A DNA stretch of 64,000 bases from a virus: positions 93,226 through 157,225 of IMG/VR virus record IMGVR_UViG_3300005274_000001; one strand, written 5' to 3'. Numbering within the stretch: position 1 is the stretch's first letter; each line of letters starts with the position of its first letter. Shown here in pieces: positions 9,630-21,900 of this stretch. The position numbers and the translations under genes are program-made. The notes beneath the pieces were generated by a model. It searched no databases. It saw only the letters and a program-made list of their open reading frames with translations, and had not been told where the DNA came from.

Positions 9630-11521
9630 AGAAGTTTAAACCTAGCTTCGCAAAGTTTATAAGATTTTCTGACTTAAGTTCTTTAAGTGAAGAGAACACA
9701 TCCTTCATATTGAAGCTAATAAGCAACACTTTTGGCAAAGGATATTATTCTGAAAAAGACATAAATCAGGTTGTTTCTTTTGATGTTCAAACTATAGGAA
9801 CTACAGAATATTTGAATTTTAGAATAAAATCAGGTGAAACTTTTACCTTTTTAGACGACAACGGTTTTTCTGAGTCGGTTGGTGGAGATTTAAATTTTTA
9901 CAGCATAATTTTTGACGAAAAAAATCCTCTAAACGGTTCTACTGAAAATCCTGTTAGAATTCCTTATGGTTCGTTTCCAGTAAATACTGTTATTGGTTAC
10001 AGCAAAGAAAACATACCTGTTCTTTATGTAAATGGTACTCCTCAATTTAGTAGTGATTTTTCAATTTCCAAAGATTCTGAATACTCAAAAATAAGCTTCT
10101 CTAGAATTCGTGGCGGTTATATTTATCCATTACCAAAGGATAAAAATGGAAAGTTTAATACAAAGGTTGTTACAGGTACAACATTCTTAGAATTTAAACA
10201 AGACTTTTGTGATGATAATTTAAACTGCTACCTAGATTTTGGATTTTTAAATACTGTAAGCACGAATAAATATCTTGTATTAAAGGTTTCGTCTTTAGGG
10301 CTAGAAACATATTACCATATACCCAAAAATCTTCCAATTTATAACAATGGATTATATTACTTAACTTCTGCAGACAAGCCAAATGTTGTCATTATAAACT
10401 TTTCTGAGTTCACTTTAAACGACAGCGATAATGTAGAATTCTATTTCATAGAAAATGCTCCACCAACAATAACAACAGTAAGTGAAACTTTCATAAACCA
10501 GTACAACTTGAATGTAGAAAATCTTCTTGTAGATACAAACTCTTCTGCAATTGTTTTAGCATTAGACGAACAAAATGGAACTTTTATAAACTTATCTAAT
10601 CTAAACGCACAACTCGCAACAAATATTTACACAATAAACACATCTTATGGAAAAATACAAGTGAATACTTCTTACCTACCTAGTCCTCAAAGCAAAGTTT
10701 TCGTAATTAACTACTACTACTCGCCTCCAATAAAGGTTTATCCGAACATAGATTATTTAAACAACATATCGTTCTACGGAACATTTGGAAGTTCAATACC
10801 AGTAAACTCAAAACCAAAAACAGTTTTCATTTACGCCAAAAACACACATGTCCCCTTCTACGGAACAACATATTATGATTCTTCTTCAAACATAATCTCC
10901 GAACCTTATGTATATGAGATAATGCCATACTTTTTGCTTTCAGAAACAACAATAAGTGATCCGCAATATACCTACATTGGATCTGTAACCTTAAACACAG
11001 GAAATAGCACAAACTTTTCACCATCTAGTGATATACAAGTTCCTTACCAAAACCTAATAAATTTAGCTCAACAAATTAATCCTCCTCCAAAATGGAGAAC
11101 AATAAACATAAACAGGTCAGAATTTTCTTCTGGTACAAATACGACAATTAATATTCCGATATTACCTGTTTTAACAGAAAATAATAGAGTAACTTCAATA
11201 AAAGCTATACATTTAAAATTAAGAGTTTATGTATATGACATAAATGATGGTCAAGTCGATATACCTTTTGATTTAAAGCTTTCTCTTAGAGATGGAATCA
11301 CGATAAAGAACACAGTAACTTTGGGCTCCTCTTTGTCAACCTCTACTTCTCAAGTGTATCAATATGGAAACAGCAACCTGTTTAGTCAAACAAGTCTAAT
11401 GTCTTACAACTTTGATTCAAACAACGATGTGGCTCCAATTTACTATTTGGAATTTTCTGCTTCTTCAACAAATTATTTTGTAGTTTTTGATTACGCAATT
11501 ATCTACTTTGAGATATACTAA
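9626..11521 (+). CDS. Putative baseplate/tail structural protein
   Basis: ATGA overlap with gpJ; beta-rich N/S/T/Y composition. Confidence 0.6.
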   Translation: MKKFKPSFAKFIRFSDLSSLSEENTSFILKLISNTFGKGYYSEKDINQVVSFDVQTIGTTEYLNFRIKSGETFTFLDDNGFSESVGGDLNFYSIIFDEKNPLNGSTENPVRIPYGSFPVNTVIGYSKENIPVLYVNGTPQFSSDFSISKDSEYSKISFSRIRGGYIYPLPKDKNGKFNTKVVTGTTFLEFKQDFCDDNLNCYLDFGFLNTVSTNKYLVLKVSSLGLETYYHIPKNLPIYNNGLYYLTSADKPNVVIINFSEFTLNDSDNVEFYFIENAPPTITTVSETFINQYNLNVENLLVDTNSSAIVLALDEQNGTFINLSNLNAQLATNIYTINTSYGKIQVNTSYLPSPQSKVFVINYYYSPPIKVYPNIDYLNNISFYGTFGSSIPVNSKPKTVFIYAKNTHVPFYGTTYYDSSSNIISEPYVYEIMPYFLLSETTISDPQYTYIGSVTLNTGNSTNFSPSSDIQVPYQNLINLAQQINPPPKWRTININRSEFSSGTNTTINIPILPVLTENNRVTSIKAIHLKLRVYVYDINDGQVDIPFDLKLSLRDGITIKNTVTLGSSLSTSTSQVYQYGNSNLFSQTSLMSYNFDSNNDVAPIYYLEFSASSTNYFVVFDYAIIYFEIY

Positions 11522-11531
11522 AAAATAGACT

Positions 11532-13922
11532 ATGGCTATAGAGCATTTAAAACAAGTAGAAGTTTATACCTCCGAAACAACGAATGATTCTGTAGATTTA
11601 ACCACTTTTTCTCCTTTAAACATACAAGACGATTTAAATGTAATAAGAACGATATTAAAAAATGTTATTGGCGGAACAAACTTTAAAGATATTGCAAATA
11701 TCTATACATTAAAAAATCTATACACTTGGAGAAACACGCACTTTACTTCTTCGGGATTAAAAGCAACATCTATAGATGTTAGTGTTGTCGCTGATGTAGA
11801 TAATTTCAGCTTTGTTTTATCTAATAACTCGTATTGGCAAAAACTAAAAAGTTTTTCTCAACAATATTTAAATACACAAAACAAAGTTCTTTGGTCTGGT
11901 ATAGCTTATACGACTACTGAGCTTAACAATGCTATAAGTACCTTACCAGTTATTACCTCTCTTCAAACAAATGTTAACAATCTACAAACATCCATCAATT
12001 CTATTCAAACTAATCAATCTATTTTCTTTCAAGAAATTTATGGAACAGTAGTTTCCTCTTCCTCTGGAAACCAGCCAATTTTGGATAGATTGTCTAATTT
12101 AGAAGCTAAAGTTAGTAACCTTGAAGTTGTTTCTGACTATGGTAATTATATAAATGTAATAAGCACAGAAATTTATGGCTACTCTCCTCCTCCCTCCTCT
12201 CCAGTAGGAACAGATTCAATACTTACAAGACTTAATACAGTTGAAAGCGATATAAATTCTCTACAAAATAACATTGGTCAAATTCCTCAAATTCAATCCG
12301 ACTTGCAAAGCTTACAGAACAAAGTAGGATATTTTGACTATAACGATTATTTAAATACTATTAGCGAAATAAACACAAATATAAACTTTTTAAGTTTTGT
12401 TTCTCAATTTGGAGTTAAAGAGAAATTATTCCTAGACATAGGAAAACTAAAGGTATTGGACCTAGATAAAACAATAAGAAACTTCATTGAGTTGCAACCT
12501 GCTCCCGACATTGTAAACCTTTTAAATTCGCTAAAAGAAAACAACATAGGAGAAGTGTTTCTTTTATACAGGTATATAAATCTAGTTAACTCTTCAAACA
12601 TTACACTAATTGAAAAAATAAAAGAGATTCTTAACACCCTGTCTTATTCTAATAGCCTAGATAAACTCCCTAAACTAACTGTTCTAATCGTGCTAAACAG
12701 CTCTACCATATTAGATGAAACTGTTCTCTACTCTCAATTACCCCAACTTGTTGCCAAACTTCTTCCTTATGTTGATGTTGCTCTTCAAATAGAAGAAAGT
12801 TTCAATGTTTGGACGGATTCAACATATTCTTCCACAACAACCGTTTCTTTAGAGGAAATTATTAATCAAATAGAAAACACAATAAAGTACATTTACGAAC
12901 AAGAAAAACCAGTAAAGGTGTTTACAAACAATCCCAAGTTAGTTTTATCTAGGTTTGGAATGTATAACTTAGAAGTCTTCTCTCCAGTACAATTTTATTG
13001 GCCGCATTCCATAAATGGTTTCAATGTAAAAATTGATAAAGTTGGCCTATTTGACAACGCCTTTGATGTGAGTTACTTCTGTACACTATTTCCTCCAAAC
13101 GCATCAAACCCATCTTCCGATAACATCTCTTGTGATTTAATTTCTAGTCCAACTTTCCAAGGAGTTACATTTGATCTGTCATTTGATACAAATACAAATG
13201 ACTACACTTCTCCATCAGATGTTCAAAAGCTTTTCTCTGCTATATCAGAGAATATAAAAGTAGAAATTCTTACAAACTATCAGTCTTCTTATACAGTTTT
13301 TTCTCCACTTTCAATAGATGTTTCTGACCCCTCAAACATTCAGCTTCAATTTTCAAGCGTAAAATCTGGTTTTTTTAAATTTTATAGAAAGCTGAAACTA
13401 TTTAACAAGGGTATAAACAACTTCCCAGCAACAGAATCTGATAGACATACAGCAATAGATGAATTTTATGATTATTACTTACTAGACACAATAAATTCTT
13501 CTGCTATAATCTACGAATCAGGGATAAAAGATGCATTGATTTTTGCTACATCTTTAGGAGAGAATTTTGAAATAGAACTATTTATTAATGGTTATGATAT
13601 TTACAATCAATCGTACAACTACATATTAAAGCTTTCCTATGATGCATCTACGGGAGATTTAGCTGGATACGACAGTTCAAATAACGCAATAACTGGGTTT
13701 TCTAAGAACATAGGTACTAGCGGTTTAGGTATTTTTAAGGTGTTTCTTATAAACAACGGTACAGATTTAGATATTTATTTGGGAAGTATATCTGATATTA
13801 CACCTCCAGAATCCCCCAAATACACAATAACAAACATGAATTTTGATGGATCAATCAATATTATTTTGAACTTTACAGGAACTACAAACCTGAAAATAAA
13901 AGTTCTATCAAACGATGTATAA
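11532..13922 (+). CDS. Fibritin/whisker-like structural protein
   Basis: Segmented heptad coiled coil with repeated EIYG...ILxRLxxxE units in the N-terminal third, followed by globular domains. Confidence 0.55.
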   Translation: MAIEHLKQVEVYTSETTNDSVDLTTFSPLNIQDDLNVIRTILKNVIGGTNFKDIANIYTLKNLYTWRNTHFTSSGLKATSIDVSVVADVDNFSFVLSNNSYWQKLKSFSQQYLNTQNKVLWSGIAYTTTELNNAISTLPVITSLQTNVNNLQTSINSIQTNQSIFFQEIYGTVVSSSSGNQPILDRLSNLEAKVSNLEVVSDYGNYINVISTEIYGYSPPPSSPVGTDSILTRLNTVESDINSLQNNIGQIPQIQSDLQSLQNKVGYFDYNDYLNTISEINTNINFLSFVSQFGVKEKLFLDIGKLKVLDLDKTIRNFIELQPAPDIVNLLNSLKENNIGEVFLLYRYINLVNSSNITLIEKIKEILNTLSYSNSLDKLPKLTVLIVLNSSTILDETVLYSQLPQLVAKLLPYVDVALQIEESFNVWTDSTYSSTTTVSLEEIINQIENTIKYIYEQEKPVKVFTNNPKLVLSRFGMYNLEVFSPVQFYWPHSINGFNVKIDKVGLFDNAFDVSYFCTLFPPNASNPSSDNISCDLISSPTFQGVTFDLSFDTNTNDYTSPSDVQKLFSAISENIKVEILTNYQSSYTVFSPLSIDVSDPSNIQLQFSSVKSGFFKFYRKLKLFNKGINNFPATESDRHTAIDEFYDYYLLDTINSSAIIYESGIKDALIFATSLGENFEIELFINGYDIYNQSYNYILKLSYDASTGDLAGYDSSNNAITGFSKNIGTSGLGIFKVFLINNGTDLDIYLGSISDITPPESPKYTITNMNFDGSINIILNFTGTTNLKIKVLSNDV

Positions 13923-14937
13923 GCTAAAGATAAACACCCAACTAGGAACTTTTGAGGGAGTAGACACGAAAGAAGTTCATTTGCCAATTTTTAGCATAAT
14001 TGATGAAGATAATCCTTATCAAGAACTTGAACTTTTGATTGAAACTACTGAGCCACAAAGTTTAGATTATATATATCCGAATACATCGTTATTAATGTTC
14101 AATATTTCTCCTTCCATAACTTTGGAAAATGACTTCTCCCCATTAACATTAGAAGTTTCAATCCAAAACTCAGAAAACCTTCTCGTTATTAACGACAAAA
14201 GAGCGTTTGATGGATATAGTGTTGTTGGAGTAATCTTTTCATCTGATTACGATTTAATTGTAAACTTTGAAAATTCCGACATTTTACGAAGAAAGTTTAT
14301 TCTTGTTCCTTATAAGTTGGGCGCAAATAGTTCATACTCAATAAAAATGAAAATTTATAGAAGCACAGAAGAAGCCCAGTCATCGCTAATAAGAAATAAA
14401 TTCTACGGGTACGAAAAGATATTGTATGATTTTTCAAAGTCTTATTCTGGTGCTTTAGAAACAATAAATAATGTTTCCTTGTCAAAGTTTTATGAAACTT
14501 ACGGAAGAGAACGAAGCTTCTTAGCAATAGACAAAAATGCTTTGATTAACGAAGTTTTCTATCCAAAAGATTTTCTATATATAAACCTCGCAACAAACTC
14601 TATTATGGTTCTTGATGATGGATCTTTAGATTCGTTTATTTTAAACTACGAAAAAAACTTTTTATCAGATTATAGGATAGAAGTAAATACAACTTCGAAA
14701 TTTCCTTATTTAAAGTTCATCAACACACTAAATACGCTAGTTGGAACCTACGAAAACACATCAATTAATACAGAAAACTATTTAAAAGAAGTTTCGAACC
14801 TAGTATTTGCTGAAATGTTAAAACCTTATATTGCAAATTCAGGCTTCTTTCCAATAAATACTTCACAAAACATAAAAGCGCTATCTAGCTTTTTTAGAGA
14901 GAATTCTTCAACACTTGGCTACACTTTCTACAGTTAG
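13915..14937 (+). CDS. Hypothetical structural-module protein
   Basis: 340 aa, overlaps the upstream gene. Confidence 0.7.
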   Translation: MYKLKINTQLGTFEGVDTKEVHLPIFSIIDEDNPYQELELLIETTEPQSLDYIYPNTSLLMFNISPSITLENDFSPLTLEVSIQNSENLLVINDKRAFDGYSVVGVIFSSDYDLIVNFENSDILRRKFILVPYKLGANSSYSIKMKIYRSTEEAQSSLIRNKFYGYEKILYDFSKSYSGALETINNVSLSKFYETYGRERSFLAIDKNALINEVFYPKDFLYINLATNSIMVLDDGSLDSFILNYEKNFLSDYRIEVNTTSKFPYLKFINTLNTLVGTYENTSINTENYLKEVSNLVFAEMLKPYIANSGFFPINTSQNIKALSSFFRENSSTLGYTFYS

Positions 14938-16027
14938 AGAAACTATAGTAAACTATACAACCTTCTCTGGAAACTTACTATCAGAAGAAAGACAAAAACT
15001 TTGGTTCTCAATTTTCTACTTAGAATCAATTTTCTTTGTAGATTTTGTAAATTCGCTTTTGCAAAAGGGTTACATAAGTTCAATCCCTTCAGAAGTTTCG
15101 TCATTAAAAAATACTTTAGATTCCTACATTCAAACATTTTTAGATTTTTCATACTTTCTAAGTAGTCTAAGCATAGTTGAACAAGACTCTCTAGATATAG
15201 ATTTCATATTATCCTTGTTCTTCGTGGTTTACTTATATCATTTATCTGGAAAAAACATCATTCCTTCTGGATCATCGATAATTAAATATCTTGAAGTTTT
15301 TTACGACTATTATATAAAGCTTTCTGAACAGCTATTTTCTGTAAGAACTAACCTCAACCCAAACAAATTTATAAATGATTCCACAGTTTCTATAAATACT
15401 GTGTCAAATAAAGCTATTTTATTGTCTTTGTATTCATCTTTATTCGGTAGAGAAGAGTTTTACATAGACCTGTTAAATAGACTAAGTGCCTACGGTGCAA
15501 CTAATACAAATGTCGAAGAAGGTATAGAATACTACACAATTTCCATAGAGCTTTCTTCTTTATCCTCTGGAACAAGGCAAGCTTTATATAGTCAAAATAC
15601 TGTTATTTTATATCCAGGAAGCGGAAATGATGAAAACTTTCATGGTAAAAATGTCGTCTTAGCTAACTCCTCTCTTAACGAATATTACATATTCTTGCCA
15701 TTCTCTATATTTTCCACAGAAATAAAAGGAAACAAACTTATTTTAAAAGTTAGCAAAAGAAACTACATTGTTAATGATGATAAAAAGTTGGTTCCAAGAT
15801 TTCTTACGCTAGACCTTTCTGTAAACCTAATTAATCTATACACAAAGGTAAATGGGCTATTCATTGACAATAACTACTTCATTTCTAGTGGAGGTAACAA
15901 TCAAATTGATGCAATTGCAAACACATTCGTCTATGATTTCTTGAAGTTCTTACTTTCTGGAAACTTTAACAACAAAGTTTCTCAAAATACAACAAATATA
16001 AAAATTATTTTGACAAACACCTTTTGA
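14915..16027 (+). CDS. Hypothetical structural-module protein
   Basis: 370 aa, TTG start, overlaps the upstream gene. Confidence 0.65.
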   Translation: MATLSTVRETIVNYTTFSGNLLSEERQKLWFSIFYLESIFFVDFVNSLLQKGYISSIPSEVSSLKNTLDSYIQTFLDFSYFLSSLSIVEQDSLDIDFILSLFFVVYLYHLSGKNIIPSGSSIIKYLEVFYDYYIKLSEQLFSVRTNLNPNKFINDSTVSINTVSNKAILLSLYSSLFGREEFYIDLLNRLSAYGATNTNVEEGIEYYTISIELSSLSSGTRQALYSQNTVILYPGSGNDENFHGKNVVLANSSLNEYYIFLPFSIFSTEIKGNKLILKVSKRNYIVNDDKKLVPRFLTLDLSVNLINLYTKVNGLFIDNNYFISSGGNNQIDAIANTFVYDFLKFLLSGNFNNKVSQNTTNIKIILTNTF

Positions 16028-16050
16028 AAAAGTTATACTAAAATGTAGCT

Positions 16051-16950
16051 ATGGCCGAAAGAACTTTTAAGCTACATTATCCACAAAATACGCTAATCGA
16101 TCCAATGGGATCAATAATTATCAATGTCAATACAACAGCAAACCCTCAGTTTGAATGGGCCTACATAAATTCTTTAAATGGAGTTGGACCAGTTGATCCG
16201 TCAAAAGAGGTCAACATTTCTCTACTAGGTTTTAAAGACACAACATCTTACAAAATAAGGTACCTAGAGAACATTACAAGACACAATAACACTTTGTTGA
16301 CTGTAGGATCAGCAGCTTGTTTAACTAGTCCTGACGCTGTTTCTTGTCAAGGATATGGACCATATATAGTTTTTGGTAAAAGATACTACATAGACTTTAT
16401 TGTTTTATACTTCGTAAACAGAAGCGTAGTACCCCAAGGAGGCAATGAGGCTGACTACTACTTATCTAGCCCGATATTTTCAGTAGATACTTCTAGGTGT
16501 ACACCAGATTACGGAATTTTTATTGCTTCACCAAAACCTAAAACACCAACTAATAATTCCGATCCATATATAGAAGCAACAGCTGGTACTGGTGATAGAA
16601 AGATGTTTACTACGCTACCTTCTTATACTAACGAATTGGGATTCTTTAACCAAAACATAAAATACAGAATAACTGCTCTAAAAAGCGCAAATTCCAACGA
16701 CTACATGGACGATGTTATACTAACTCCAGGAAATATTGTTCAGGCACTACAAAACACTATAAACTACGGCCAAACTAGTATTGTATCTGTAAAAGATGAC
16801 AACACGCCAATAGTATTAAAGCCTCAAGCTAGTAATACTTCTTCATTTAACCCTCAATCATTTTTGCCCTTCATCTTGTTTAGATACATAAGCGTAGATG
16901 CTCCAACAAGACGAGTATTTCTTTCTTTCTCTTTTGCTCCTAACGCATAG
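16051..16950 (+). CDS. Putative virion structural protein
   Basis: 299 aa, beta-rich; leaderless TAAAAT (16039-16044)-6 nt-ATG. Confidence 0.65.
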   Translation: MAERTFKLHYPQNTLIDPMGSIIINVNTTANPQFEWAYINSLNGVGPVDPSKEVNISLLGFKDTTSYKIRYLENITRHNNTLLTVGSAACLTSPDAVSCQGYGPYIVFGKRYYIDFIVLYFVNRSVVPQGGNEADYYLSSPIFSVDTSRCTPDYGIFIASPKPKTPTNNSDPYIEATAGTGDRKMFTTLPSYTNELGFFNQNIKYRITALKSANSNDYMDDVILTPGNIVQALQNTINYGQTSIVSVKDDNTPIVLKPQASNTSSFNPQSFLPFILFRYISVDAPTRRVFLSFSFAPNA

Positions 16951-16955
16951 TAACT

Positions 16956-17306
16956 ATGAACACGATCTATATAGACTTTATAAACAGATTTTTCCCCTCT
17001 ATTGATTTTAGAGGTGCAGTAAATATACTTAATTCTGATTTTCCTGATGGAAATTTAGCAGTTTACAACATAATAAATAGAGAATACCCAACAATCAGAG
17101 ATTGTAATAGGACTCCAACAATGATCTTTCATGGAAATAATGAACAAATAAATTTTAGAATTTCATACGGAATTGTTGTTTCTTCTACAAAAGAAATAAA
17201 TGTTAGCGCAGAAGGAATGATTGACGATAAGCACTTAATAAAGAAGCTATTTGAAAATCTACCTAATTACTTCGCTTCTCTGGAGGAGCAAGAAGATGAA
17301 AATTAG
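16956..17306 (+). CDS. Hypothetical protein
   Basis: 116 aa ORF within the operon. Confidence 0.65.
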   Translation: MNTIYIDFINRFFPSIDFRGAVNILNSDFPDGNLAVYNIINREYPTIRDCNRTPTMIFHGNNEQINFRISYGIVVSSTKEINVSAEGMIDDKHLIKKLFENLPNYFASLEEQEDEN

Positions 17307-18159
17307 CAATGTATTAATCGATAACAATAAAACATTTCCCATTGTGATTTCTCCAGAAGCAAACAATGTTGAAGAAATGAGTAACAAATACTATCTTTAT
17401 GGATTGAACAAATATTTTGGTGTATTACCGATTTCTCTTTATAACGAAAAGGGGCTTATCTCACTATTTGAATTTCTTTCAAATACTTCGAAAACTTTAG
17501 TAGATTTAGCATATTCCTTGGACGAATTAGAAAACAAATACTTTAAAAGTTCCAAAATTACACAAGGAGTAATTGAGGAAACAAGGAGATTTTTTTATCC
17601 AGTATATAACGATGATGTTTTTTCTCTTAAACCAGAACTTTGGGACACGCTTTATAAGTTTTTATACATGTTTTACAAATCTGTTTTGTATGATGGCCTA
17701 AGAATATACATGTCTTACACCCTTACAAAGGTAAACAAGTTTTTTTCGTTTTCAATATTAAAAACAGAGTGTTCTAGCAGTAGTGAAGTAGAGATTAAAT
17801 CCTTCTTTGAAAAAATAAGAAGGGCTTTTTATAAAACCATAGCACCAGACACAAATGATGCTTTAAGAAGTTATCTTCTTTCTTTGACATCAGATGCTTT
17901 TTATATAGAAGATTCAATTTTGCCTAATAAAACAGCTGACTTAAACTTTTATGACGCTTATACAAGTGCATTAAGAGGAGCTACAATAAAACAGCTAAAG
18001 TTAGAAGAGCTTTATCAAAGCTTCAATCAAGAGTTTGATTCATTCTATAGAGGCAAGTTATCTGAAATTTTTTCTCAAAATAATATTTTTTACCAAGAAC
18101 TTGTTAGTATTGTAGGAGGAAGTCTAGCAGATGAATACCTTAAGTTCCTCATCTCCTAA
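17296..18159 (+). CDS. Hypothetical protein
   Basis: Track ORF 17251 restarted at ATG17296 (MKISNV), which follows GGAGGAG. Confidence 0.7.
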   Translation: MKISNVLIDNNKTFPIVISPEANNVEEMSNKYYLYGLNKYFGVLPISLYNEKGLISLFEFLSNTSKTLVDLAYSLDELENKYFKSSKITQGVIEETRRFFYPVYNDDVFSLKPELWDTLYKFLYMFYKSVLYDGLRIYMSYTLTKVNKFFSFSILKTECSSSSEVEIKSFFEKIRRAFYKTIAPDTNDALRSYLLSLTSDAFYIEDSILPNKTADLNFYDAYTSALRGATIKQLKLEELYQSFNQEFDSFYRGKLSEIFSQNNIFYQELVSIVGGSLADEYLKFLIS

Positions 18160-18931
18160 GTTAGTATTTAGCCCTCCTATACCAGGCACTTCAAGGCCTG
18201 AGGAAAGGCAGTTGTCTTTCACCCCTGAACAAGTATCAATAAAAGAAAGAGCATCGCTAAAAGAATTTAACAATACTAAGCTTGCTGCTAAAGATGTTAC
18301 ACAAGCTTTTATACTTTATTGGGAACCGTACTACACAAATGGTTTTATTAACATTCCTTACCGTGATGTATATGCGAAATTCTTAAGAGAGTATGGAAAC
18401 AACATAGAGCCAGAAATAGTTTACAGATATCGTGGACTAGATGTTCTTTTAATGAATGAAACAGATTTTAACAACTTTGAAAATAATGAAATAGCTGTAT
18501 ATTTACCAATTTCAGTTGGAAGATATTTGGTATTAGAAAAGTTTGAGCTTCCTAGGACAATAATAAGCGCACAAAAAGTTTCCCAAGAAGGAAAATTTGT
18601 TTCTGTGTTTACAGAAAACTTTCCTAGATTTTCAATGACATTAAAGGCTGTAATCTTTGGTAGTGTTCATATAAAGACAAAACAATTTTTCGATATTGTA
18701 ATAAAACATATTTCAAACAATAAACCTGGTAGATTGATTCTTTATGATATATTTGGAAATGTAAAAGTATCTCAAGCTGACATCTTTCTAACTTTGCAAT
18801 ATAACAAAACACCTTTCTACCGTCTTCTACCAACAAATGTTTCTTACTCAAGAACTTCATCTGAAAACACATACTTAAACATAGAAATTACTGGTACAGT
18901 CTTAGAAATACACAATGAAAGATATGTTTAG
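18131..18931 (+). CDS. Putative tail tube initiator/baseplate protein
   Basis: C-terminal strand pattern (FSMTLKAVIFG...LILYD...NVSYSR...YLNIEITG) resembles tube-initiator folds; precedes the hub-like gene. Confidence 0.4.
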   Translation: MNTLSSSSPKLVFSPPIPGTSRPEERQLSFTPEQVSIKERASLKEFNNTKLAAKDVTQAFILYWEPYYTNGFINIPYRDVYAKFLREYGNNIEPEIVYRYRGLDVLLMNETDFNNFENNEIAVYLPISVGRYLVLEKFELPRTIISAQKVSQEGKFVSVFTENFPRFSMTLKAVIFGSVHIKTKQFFDIVIKHISNNKPGRLILYDIFGNVKVSQADIFLTLQYNKTPFYRLLPTNVSYSRTSSENTYLNIEITGTVLEIHNERYV

Positions 18932-21900
18932 TTCAGAAACCTTTAAAACATATGCAGTTGTAGTAATTGAATCTCTGTGGCCTTCTAGAGAAGATTATAG
19001 AGGCGAAGGAGAAAATATCGTTTTTAGCAGCGGTGCTAAAAACTATGAGCTACTGAAATTTTCTCCTCTTCAGAGCAAGTATTCTGGTTATTACAAAATA
19101 ATACCGCTAAACATTCTTAGCGTTAATACATCGTTTTCCAAAGAGGGTGGAAATTTTAATATTTCGTTTACAGCAAACAACCTGCTATTTTTATCGGATA
19201 GAGAACTTCCAGACAGGATAAAGAAAATACTGGAATCAACATCAACTAGACTAGAAAACTTTCCTATAGACCAATTTCCCTTTTTAGAAAAGGTTTTGGT
19301 TGGCAATGACAAGTTAAGAGTTGGTTACATAACAAACTACAATGTTATATCTCAATTTATAAGAGAACTGGATACTGTTTCAATCTATTTGGTGAATATA
19401 AAAGAAAATCTTTCAAACGATTTACTTCCTCTGTATATCGGTAAAAATCCTGGAAGGACAAAACAAGCTGAAGCAGCTCAATTAGCAGACAAAAAGAACA
19501 AAATTTTGGTTTCTCTCGGTATATCAAAAAAATGAATTGAAGTTTGTAGACGATGTTTTAAAGAGCAAAGACTTAAAAAACATGCTGTTTTACTACAGAA
19601 AATTTAGCTATCCTCTCATAATTAATAGATTCTTCAAGGCGTTAAACATTCATCTGTTTTCTCTTAATTCCGAATTTAGAAATAAAATTTATCAACAAGA
19701 ATTGAATAACGCAGAAACAGAGGACATAGAAAACTTTATAAATTTGTTTGGAAGAACGATTTTTGAGTACTACTTTAAGGATAGGAACGCTAGAAAGCAG
19801 ATTAAATCTTGTATTGAATCTTACTATAAAGCAAATTCTGTTTTGAGCAAGTTAATTTCATGGACCGCTTTTGAAACTTTACGGCTAAAGTTAAATGAAT
19901 CTTTAGGCGTTTCTCCAGGTCTTTGCTTTTCTAGGAATTCCAAGGTAGAAGAAGAAAGAAAATTTAAAACAATACTAAATGCCATAGTTATTGACAATTT
20001 CCTCTACGAATATGCAAACAAAGTTTTGGGGTCTGAAAGTCAGGAAGAGCTGGAGTTTGGTATTAATTTTATAAACAATATCTTGGGAAACAACTTGTTC
20101 AGTCTTGAAGATTACTTGTTAGGTATACATAGCCTTCTATCGATATTCGTAAAAGACTTTTACAATACAGAATCAAACACAGAAGAAATAGAAATTAGCG
20201 ATATTCAGGAAGAATTAACTATTAATAATTCTGGTGATGCGCTTAGTCTAGTCTTTCGTGGACATATAACAGACATTTCAAGAAGTGTATCAATAAACGA
20301 AAACTCCTCTGATATAACTATCTCGATAAAAGGAAGAGATTTTAGTCATCCTCTAAGAAATCATGAAGTTTACGCTGACTATACTTCAATAAAATTTGCT
20401 GCACAGCCACTAGAAAACTATTCAGTAAAAATTTTAACACCCGTAGAAGCTGTGCTAAAAATAATGAACTCCTTTGCGCCACAAAAAATAAATATTTTAG
20501 AACTAGATAGAGAAACTTTTTTAACTTCTGTGATTTCCTCTAGAGGATTTGATACCTTTTACAACGCTGGTACACAAAACATACTAATAAATCAAGGAAA
20601 TGTTGTTGCACCTTCTTATGACGCTCAGTTTGACGAGCTTTCAATCTTTACACCTATTCACTACATCAGCTTAGATTTCATACAAATGGTAAAAAATGCC
20701 TTTGATACTGAAGGAATCCTTCAAAAGTTTTTAGCAAATGTCAATGTTGATATTTCTGATGGTCCTCTATTCGATGTTCTAAAAAGAGTTATATCCTCAA
20801 ACTCTGCATATAGAATTTATGTTGATCACCTTGGTTATTTAAAAATAGAATATGAACCAGCACACATATCTTTTCCATTTTCACTAAGTCTTAATAGAGA
20901 AATAGATGACTACTACACATTTTCTATAGAACATTCTTCAAGCGAAAGCAACATAACTACTTTTGTAGAAGTGATACCAAAATCCTTTGGTACCAGCAGT
21001 CCAAGTTCTATGGGTATAGCTTCGCTTTATGGACGAAGCATACCTCCAACAATTCAGGAATTATACTCTACGATTGAATACATAGACAGCAACAAAGATA
21101 AATTTGTTGAATTTCTTTCTGAAGCAGTTAAATTGTTAGATAACAAACTTAAAGACCATCTTATACAAAGAGAGGGCGAATACGAAAAAGAAGTTTTTAA
21201 TGAACTTAACAAATTAAATACCTTTATAAACCAACAAAACAACAATGACTTGTTCTCTGCTCTTCGTGGTCTTACAAAAAAGGAATCTGTATCTCAGCAG
21301 ATATCCTCCATAGATATAGTTACTGAAACCACTTACAGAGAAGATTTTTGTACTGGAGAAAAAATACCAAATACCTCTTACACCATACAAGAATCCACGA
21401 AAACTATACAAACACAAGTTGAGGTTCCAATTAACCTGTTTAAACCGGAAGTTTTATCCAACATATTTAATGTTGGTAGAATAGATGAAAAATTTTTCTA
21501 TACAAATGTAGATCACGAATACTATAAGCTTTTTGCCAAATCTTTTGCTACACTAAATGAATATTATGTAAACAAAATTGCTTTATTAAACGATATCTGT
21601 CCAAAACTTAACGCTATCGCAAGAACAAAGTTTAAACTTTCTTCCTCTGCTAATGTTTGTTTTGAAGAAAACTTAGATGTTTTGTCAAGTCTAATGGTTC
21701 TTGGTGCGAAATTTGAGCTTTACGGAAAAACAGATAGAGAGAACGCTACTTTAGGAAATTTAATTACAAACATAATTAACTCAATTAGAATAAAATCTTC
21801 TGAAAATATTTTCAAGATTAACTTGTCAAAAGTTGATGAAAATAAAAATCAAACAATAAGTTATCTTAAAGACTTTTACGCATATTTTATACCGTTTTCA

